This document shows, piece by piece, positions 58,520-63,890 of a DNA stretch of 63,890 bases (position 1 is the stretch's first letter; each line of letters starts with the position of its first letter). The notes beneath the pieces were generated by a model. It did not search any database, was not told where the DNA came from, and worked only from the letters and a program-made list of their open reading frames with translations. The position numbers and the translations under genes were made by a program. Source of the DNA: a virus. Its lineage: Duplodnaviria > Caudoviricetes. The DNA lies in IMG/VR virus record IMGVR_UViG_3300045131_001062, positions 1-63,890 of that record. The stretch is one strand, 5' to 3'.

Positions 58520-59260
58520 ATGCAAAAGACTATAGAATCACTGATGCCCACCGCACGGAAGGCAGCCCTGCATTATGCACACTCACCTATGTTCAATGAG
58601 TTGCTAATGCTGGCATATGAAACCCTCGTCATTGTGATTAATGAGAAGGGAACTGATGGACATGAGAACCTTGAGGCGTACGTATTCCTCAAGATACGGG
58701 GCGAACTGAAAAACTACGTGTTTGGCAACGCTGTCGTAAGATGTCCGAACACACGGAAGATCGTTGCCGGAGACCCAACTAAGGAATCATTGGTGCCTAT
58801 GACCGTGGTCCCTAAGACGTGGCACAAACCCATCATTATATCGTTGGATGGGTGGGGTGCTAAGGGTGGGGCGGGTGGGACGTTGGAGATTGGTTGGACA
58901 CCACCTAAACAATATGATGAGTTCAGTATCATTGATGATCTACACCTAGAACCGTTGGATCGGGTGATAGTGATTAAAAGGTTGGAAGGATTCACACAGG
59001 AAGAGATAGCTCAGGAGTTGGAGGTTGATCATAGTACCATAACCAAACGTCTGAACAATATCAAGGAACTGTTGCGGAAGATTGGTATAGTTCCTGCTAC
59101 TGAGAAGCGTAGCGTGGGAAAGAAAGTATGCTCTATCTGTGAGCAGGAGAAGTCACTGGATGATTTCTTCGTTAGGACGCGCCACCCATTGAAGCACTTT
59201 GGGTTGTGCAAAGTATGTTTTAATCGTAAGAAGGAGCCGAATGATGCACCAAAGACTTGA
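58520..59260 (+). CDS. Sigma70-family-like factor with C-terminal zinc finger
   Basis: Region-2-like AYVFLKIRGELKNY, region-4 HTH GFTQEEIAQELEVDHSTITKRL, CSIC..LCKVC. Confidence 0.7.
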   Translation: MQKTIESLMPTARKAALHYAHSPMFNELLMLAYETLVIVINEKGTDGHENLEAYVFLKIRGELKNYVFGNAVVRCPNTRKIVAGDPTKESLVPMTVVPKTWHKPIIISLDGWGAKGGAGGTLEIGWTPPKQYDEFSIIDDLHLEPLDRVIVIKRLEGFTQEEIAQELEVDHSTITKRLNNIKELLRKIGIVPATEKRSVGKKVCSICEQEKSLDDFFVRTRHPLKHFGLCKVCFNRKKEPNDAPKT

Positions 59261-59576
59261 AATAGCTCTACTTATTGGGGACACATGTCCTGAAACTGCT
59301 GATTTCTTACAGGAACTACTGGACAGGAAGGAATACGGTGTAAGTGAGGACTCTATTCTGGAAGACATACCTGACTACGATAACAGCCTGGATGCCGCTA
59401 ATACTATTGAGACGTGGATTCAACGTGTATTGGGTCCAGATAGGTGGCTCGCGTATGTGGACATTCTGAGAAGGCTGTCCACTCATTGGGGTGGTGCCGG
59501 TGCTGAGATTTGTGCACCGGCTGAGATTAGATGCAAGGCATTTTGTGAGTTGGTGTCTATTGAGTGGCGGGATTAA
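59241..59576 (+). CDS. Hypothetical protein, paralog of 60114-60503
   Basis: PDY.N.L.A..WIQ..W..Y..ILRR...WGGAGAE shared; AAGGAG SD. Confidence 0.7.
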   Translation: MMHQRLEIALLIGDTCPETADFLQELLDRKEYGVSEDSILEDIPDYDNSLDAANTIETWIQRVLGPDRWLAYVDILRRLSTHWGGAGAEICAPAEIRCKAFCELVSIEWRD

Positions 59577-59578
59577 CT

Positions 59579-60117
59579 ATGAAAACGTGCCCGATAACCC
59601 TTGAATGCGTGCAGGATATGCCCGCATGGTTGCTCCGCGCGAACGTGCGGTGGATTCGTGCGCATCGAAAGCATCCGATGCAGTCGGTGAGAGCGATTCG
59701 TATTTGGAATAAGGAATTGCGACGGAGAGGATTGAAGCCAGAATGAATGAGAAACTAATTGAGCGACTAGTCAGCAACCTTCGTGATCGGTGTCAAGATC
59801 CAGTGCATGATTCTAATTGTATGTTGGTGGATAATGGCTTGTGTGACTGTCGTGTGGCACGGGACAGGCTATTGCTTAATGAGATTGAATTGGAACCATT
59901 CATTGAGGGTGCCCGTTTGGGTGTACCACATCCACAGGAAGCAACAGTTAATCGTTTTCTAAAGAAGGGCTATGTGATTACACATAGGGAGCCAGCGAGT
60001 TGTGGGGTGGTTATGCGCCACACGGATCAGTCTAGGAGAACTATTCTAGTAGTGCCCGACGGGCGGGCAATGCAATATAGCGTGGAAGTTGATGGGTGGG
60101 TGGAGGTAAAGGAATGA
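59579..60117 (+). other. Two hypothetical CDSs (59579-59746, 59743-60117)
   Basis: Packed ORFs. Confidence 0.55.
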
Positions 60118-60503
60118 ACCCGTGCCTAGATACTAACAGAAGAATCGAAATAGCTAAGTTGCGTGGTTGGACTCCCGACGAGGATCAGTGGGGCAATAAG
60201 GGTGAGTGGGACACACGAGATTGGTTTGCCCGTAAGCCAATGGAGGGCGGGTCTTGGTTAGTAGACGTTAAGGTTCCTGATTACTTGAATAACCTGAATG
60301 CTACTCACGAACTGGAACTATGGATTCAGAAAGAAAAGGGCGCAGAAGTATGGCTACGTTACCTTAGCATACTACGTCGAACGGCTAAGGGGTGGGGTGG
60401 AGCTGGGGCAGAAGTATCAGCAACGGCCAAGGAAAAGGTTGTTGCTATGTTAATCATGTTTGGGCGGGAGTCAGAACAGGCTATGATAGGAGTAAAGGAA
60501 TGA
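60114..60503 (+). CDS. Hypothetical protein, paralog of 59241-59576
   Basis: Shared motifs as above. Confidence 0.7.
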   Translation: MNPCLDTNRRIEIAKLRGWTPDEDQWGNKGEWDTRDWFARKPMEGGSWLVDVKVPDYLNNLNATHELELWIQKEKGAEVWLRYLSILRRTAKGWGGAGAEVSATAKEKVVAMLIMFGRESEQAMIGVKE

Positions 60504-61576
60504 AGCATGAATTCTTGATGAAAGCCTTTTCACTTGATGATAAGGTCAGTCCCGCGGGTTGGTTCATGTCCGAGAAATTGAATTTCTCTCGGGCGTTTTG
60601 GGACGGTGGGATTACTACGGGTATGCGTAAGTGTGATGTGCCTTGGGCTAATCTCACTAAGGATGGGCGGTACGTTCATGAACAGATAGCCACTGGCCTT
60701 TGGACACAGAATGCCAATGTAATCCATGCCCCACACTGGTGGTTAGAGACTATGCCCCGTGTGTTTTTGGATGGGGAACTTGGCAGCATGGTTAAAGGGA
60801 AAGATAGAAATAATGTAGACGAACTAATCGTTGGGCGTGGGGTAGCCGAACGCCAACGCGTCTCGTCTATTGTCAAGCGGCTTGGGGGTAATGAGCGAGA
60901 CTGGGATGGGATTACATTGTTTGTATTTGATCTACCTCCATTGGAAGTGATTCTTGGGAATCGTACGATCAACAACATACATTACAAGAAGAACCTGTCG
61001 GGGTGTGTGGAGTGGGCGTATCGGGATGACATGTTAATCCGTCGTCCTATGTCACCCTTTAGGAACGTGAAGCCGCTGCTGGAGCCGGTGTTGCGTGGTA
61101 TTGGGACTGGGTGCCCGAATGTGATGTTAATCGAACAAGAAGAGTTACCTTTAAATCATGCCAAGGCAATGGCCCGGATTTCTGAGAAGATGTTTTCTGT
61201 GTTAGCCGTGCGGGGTGAGGGCCTGATGCTGCGACATCCCGACAAACCGTATGAGACCTGTCGTAGTAAGTGGATTAGAAAGTACAAACAGACACAAGAC
61301 ATGGAGGGTCGCGTCGTCGGACACACCGCTGGCAAGGGCAAATATACTGGCATGTTGGGTGCATTGATCCTTGAAATCGAGGGATCAGCGCGGGGTGAGA
61401 GTACGGTTGGACATGGGAGGGTGTTCAAGCGAGTGTTTGAACTGTCTGGCATGACCGATGCCGAGCGGCGTAATCCTCCACCCATCGGATGCACGGTTAC
61501 GTTCAGCTATTCTGATCTATCCCGCGATGGGATTCCTCAGGAAGCCCGTTTCATCTGTGTGCGGGAGGAAGAATGA
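60500..61576 (+). CDS. ATP-dependent DNA ligase
   Basis: MSEKL..RAFWDG, LDGEL, FVFD, EGLMLR, OB-fold GKGKY.GMLGAL..PPIG..VTF.Y. Confidence 0.88.
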   Translation: MKHEFLMKAFSLDDKVSPAGWFMSEKLNFSRAFWDGGITTGMRKCDVPWANLTKDGRYVHEQIATGLWTQNANVIHAPHWWLETMPRVFLDGELGSMVKGKDRNNVDELIVGRGVAERQRVSSIVKRLGGNERDWDGITLFVFDLPPLEVILGNRTINNIHYKKNLSGCVEWAYRDDMLIRRPMSPFRNVKPLLEPVLRGIGTGCPNVMLIEQEELPLNHAKAMARISEKMFSVLAVRGEGLMLRHPDKPYETCRSKWIRKYKQTQDMEGRVVGHTAGKGKYTGMLGALILEIEGSARGESTVGHGRVFKRVFELSGMTDAERRNPPPIGCTVTFSYSDLSRDGIPQEARFICVREEE

Positions 61577-61666
61577 TGGAGGGAGAGGACTACGGTGCGG
61601 GGTGGTTCTCACTAATCGTAGTTCTGTTTTTGTTGACAATTGTGTTTCATTATTTCGTGAGGTAAT

Positions 61667-62662
61667 ATGAGAAAACCAGAATACCTGAGTCCGTCGGCAA
61701 TTAAGACCTATCTCGCCAGCCCGGAAGAGTATTTCCTTAAATACTTGACCGACATCCGGCCTGCCAAGATTCCGCAGTCCCTACCCATGGCGGTTGGGTC
61801 TGCGTTTGATGCAGAGATTAAAGCGTTCCTTACGCAACGACTGTTTGGGACGGCAGTCGACCTATTTGAGGAACAGGTGGAGCCACAGAACCGTGATGCT
61901 GTTCGACCGATTGGGAAGCAGATCTTTGAGAACTACCGACGTATGGGAGCGTTATCGAACCTGCTTCGATTACTCCAAACGGCTAAATACGCACCGAGGT
62001 TTGAGTTGGAGCTTCGGGGTAACGTGGTCGTTGGTAATGGTGATGATAAGATTACTGTCCCACTTCTCTGCAAGCCTGACCTTTATTTTGTTCAGGAATT
62101 TCCCACTTTGTCTGGGACTGGGATAGGTGTTCGACATGTCATCGTTGACTTCAAGGTTAATGGCTACTATAGCAAGGCCTCACCTAAGCCTGGCTACATT
62201 AATCTGTTGGAGATGGTCCCTGTAGAGGCTAGTGCGGGAGCCGATGGTAAGTGGACGACTAAGAGCAAGTCCCACAAGGACGCAATACTGATTACTAACG
62301 GTGGGATTGATGTCAATGCCACACCTATGGACCTGTACTGCGAAGAGTGGGCACTCCAGAACAGCGTTGCGGGGTGGATTCTGGGCACAGACTTCCTTGC
62401 TGGTATTGAACAGCTTGCGTTCGATGCAAGCAAGCCCGATCATGCGTCGTGGGGTCGGATTCCCCGAATCGCCACCTATCGGGGAGAAGTGAGCAAAACA
62501 TATCAGGGGAACTTATTGAAAGTGATTCGGGACATGTGGGTTGGTATTAACACGGGCACCCTGCTGCCCTCGGACAAAATGGAGGAACTGAATAAGGTAG
62601 TTGCGAATACGACAGGACCTAACGCAGAGTATTACAGGACGATCATGGCTCGGGGTTACTAG
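61667..62662 (+). CDS. PD-(D/E)XK nuclease (RecB/Cas4-like exonuclease)
   Basis: LSPSAIKTY..P, VGSAF, KPDL, IVDFK. Confidence 0.8.
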   Translation: MRKPEYLSPSAIKTYLASPEEYFLKYLTDIRPAKIPQSLPMAVGSAFDAEIKAFLTQRLFGTAVDLFEEQVEPQNRDAVRPIGKQIFENYRRMGALSNLLRLLQTAKYAPRFELELRGNVVVGNGDDKITVPLLCKPDLYFVQEFPTLSGTGIGVRHVIVDFKVNGYYSKASPKPGYINLLEMVPVEASAGADGKWTTKSKSHKDAILITNGGIDVNATPMDLYCEEWALQNSVAGWILGTDFLAGIEQLAFDASKPDHASWGRIPRIATYRGEVSKTYQGNLLKVIRDMWVGINTGTLLPSDKMEELNKVVANTTGPNAEYYRTIMARGY

Positions 62663-62695
62663 GAAAGTAATCAACAGGAAGCAATACAAGAAGGA

Positions 62696-63058
62696 ATGAA
62701 GATGAAACGGTTATTGGAAGTATATCTCTCACGCGTAGACGGCAACAACGCTACGATTAATGCGGAGACTGATCGGCTGATTGCCGGCCGAGTCGAGTGC
62801 AACATGGGCGGGGTATGGCTTACCTACTTCGGAAATGGCATGTTAATCCACCCGGATGGCCGAAAAGTGGATGTTAATTTTGCCATGCTGGATGGAGTCA
62901 GAATTAAGGCCATTTCTGATGCTCCAAAAGCCGTTGAGGCACCCAAAGGCAGCCTTGCGACGGGTGAAGTAGTGAAGGATGCCACGAAAGTTGAGTTGAT
63001 TACAAATCAGGTGAAAAATACTGGAACCGACAAGCCACAGGATTCCAAGAAAGTATAG
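62696..63058 (+). CDS. Hypothetical protein
   Basis: AAGGA SD; last ORF. Confidence 0.6.
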   Translation: MKMKRLLEVYLSRVDGNNATINAETDRLIAGRVECNMGGVWLTYFGNGMLIHPDGRKVDVNFAMLDGVRIKAISDAPKAVEAPKGSLATGEVVKDATKVELITNQVKNTGTDKPQDSKKV

Positions 63059-63075
63059 GTAAACAGAAATCCTCA

Positions 63076-63258
63076 CCAACAGACCTTTAAAGTAGTATAT
63101 ACTAAAATATATTTTTTATATTTTACTATATATAGATAGGGCCTGTTGGAATTGAAGTAGTTAGTGGTGGGTGAATCTGGAATCATTGAGATTTACAAGC
63201 TCAAAGTGACTGGATTCACCCACCCATTCTTAATTTTGACTATGTAAAACAGTCAAAA
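63076..63258. other. Three consecutive inverted repeats including an AT-rich core
   Basis: 63076-63149, 63166-63224, 63234-63258. Confidence 0.75.
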
Positions 63259-63408
63259 GCCCAAACTAACACAGCATAAGTGATGATTTAGTATGGCAAA
63301 AGTGATGTTGACAACAGCTCTGTATGGTATAGCAAATCAGTCTTTAGTCATTTACTACTAGGTATTCTTTGCATTCTCCGTCTGGAATAGCCTAGCTACA
63401 CAGCCAAC

Positions 63409-63756
63409 TTAGGTCTGGGGTGTATTCTCTCAAATGTGTCTTAGGTGAGTACATTCAGCCTCAATTTAGGTCTTGGGTGTATTTCTCTCAAATGTGTCTT
63501 GGGTGGGTAGAAATTAAAATCACCTCCCACGCACAATCCCCCATTGATTTAATGGCCTGCTGCGTTTATTTCATCAAATACCCACGACCTAAGACCTAAA
63601 ACGTAAGACCTAAGAAGCCGCTAATAAAATCTAAGAAGTCGGTTTTAGGTAAATGCGCGCGATTAGATGAATCCATGGATGCAAGATCCTGGGTCGTAGG
63701 TCGGGGGTCGGTTTTAGGTAAATGCGCGTGATTAGTTTTAGGCGGGGTCTTAGGTG
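63409..63756. repeat. Iteron-like direct repeats rich in TTAGGT/ACCTAA
   Basis: About 40-bp repeat at 63409-63447 and 63466-63505; 29-bp repeat at 63638-63666 and 63707-63735; GACCTAAG run at 63586-63614. Confidence 0.85.
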
Positions 63757-63764
63757 ATTTTATA

Positions 63765-63890
63765 CGCGCACGCGCACGCGCACGCGCACGCGCACGCGCA
63801 CGCGCACGCGCACGCGCACGCGCACGCGCACGCGCACGCGCACGCGCACGCGCACGCGCACGCGCACGCGCACGCGCACGCGCACGCGCA
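63765..63890. repeat. Perfect tandem hexamer array (CGCGCA)21, truncated by the window end
   Basis: Directly visible. Confidence 0.98.

Noticed and set aside
2533-63058. Alternative genetic code
   Set aside because: Core genes are full length in the standard code and use all three stop codons; no suppressor tRNA.
63409-63756. Possible CRISPR mini-array
   Set aside because: Only two copies of each repeat type, irregular spacing and no cas operon; the PD-(D/E)XK gene is a common phage exonuclease type.

Overview
The window looks like an essentially complete ~64-kb tailed dsDNA phage genome with a siphovirus-type tail. The host is probably diderm, judging from the spanin-like lipoprotein. Both ends stop inside the same (CGCGCA)n hexamer array, which suggests a circular or terminally redundant molecule opened at that array. 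Layout: (1) a short early module with a ParB-like gene (0.5-2.1 kb); (2) a late operon (2.5-29.4 kb) with terS, exported proteins plus a lysis-like cassette, GpA-type terL, portal, scaffold, P22-coat-like MCP, duplicated tail-tube and distal-tail genes, a frameshifted tail chaperone, TMP and tail tip; (3) a leftward primase-helicase/DNA methylase/exonuclease operon (29.3-33.9 kb); (4) a rightward replication and nucleotide operon (34.2-48 kb) with two more ParB-like genes, SNF2 helicase, PolA, ThyX and a C39-like peptidase; (5) many small early genes with tRNA-Leu(TAA), a sigma-like gene and a ligase (48-63 kb); (6) a structured, repeat-rich non-coding end. I recognised no integrase, CI repressor or canonical prohead protease. 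The main observation is that four virion-assembly proteins (scaffold, major capsid, tail tube, tape measure) share a short N-terminal extension ending in [WF]-[IV]-[TS]-T-F, while the paralogous tail-tube copy lacks it. This suggests an undescribed leader-processing system for head and tail proteins, with two phage-encoded cysteine-protease candidates. All product calls come from reading motifs and gene order by eye; no database searches were run.
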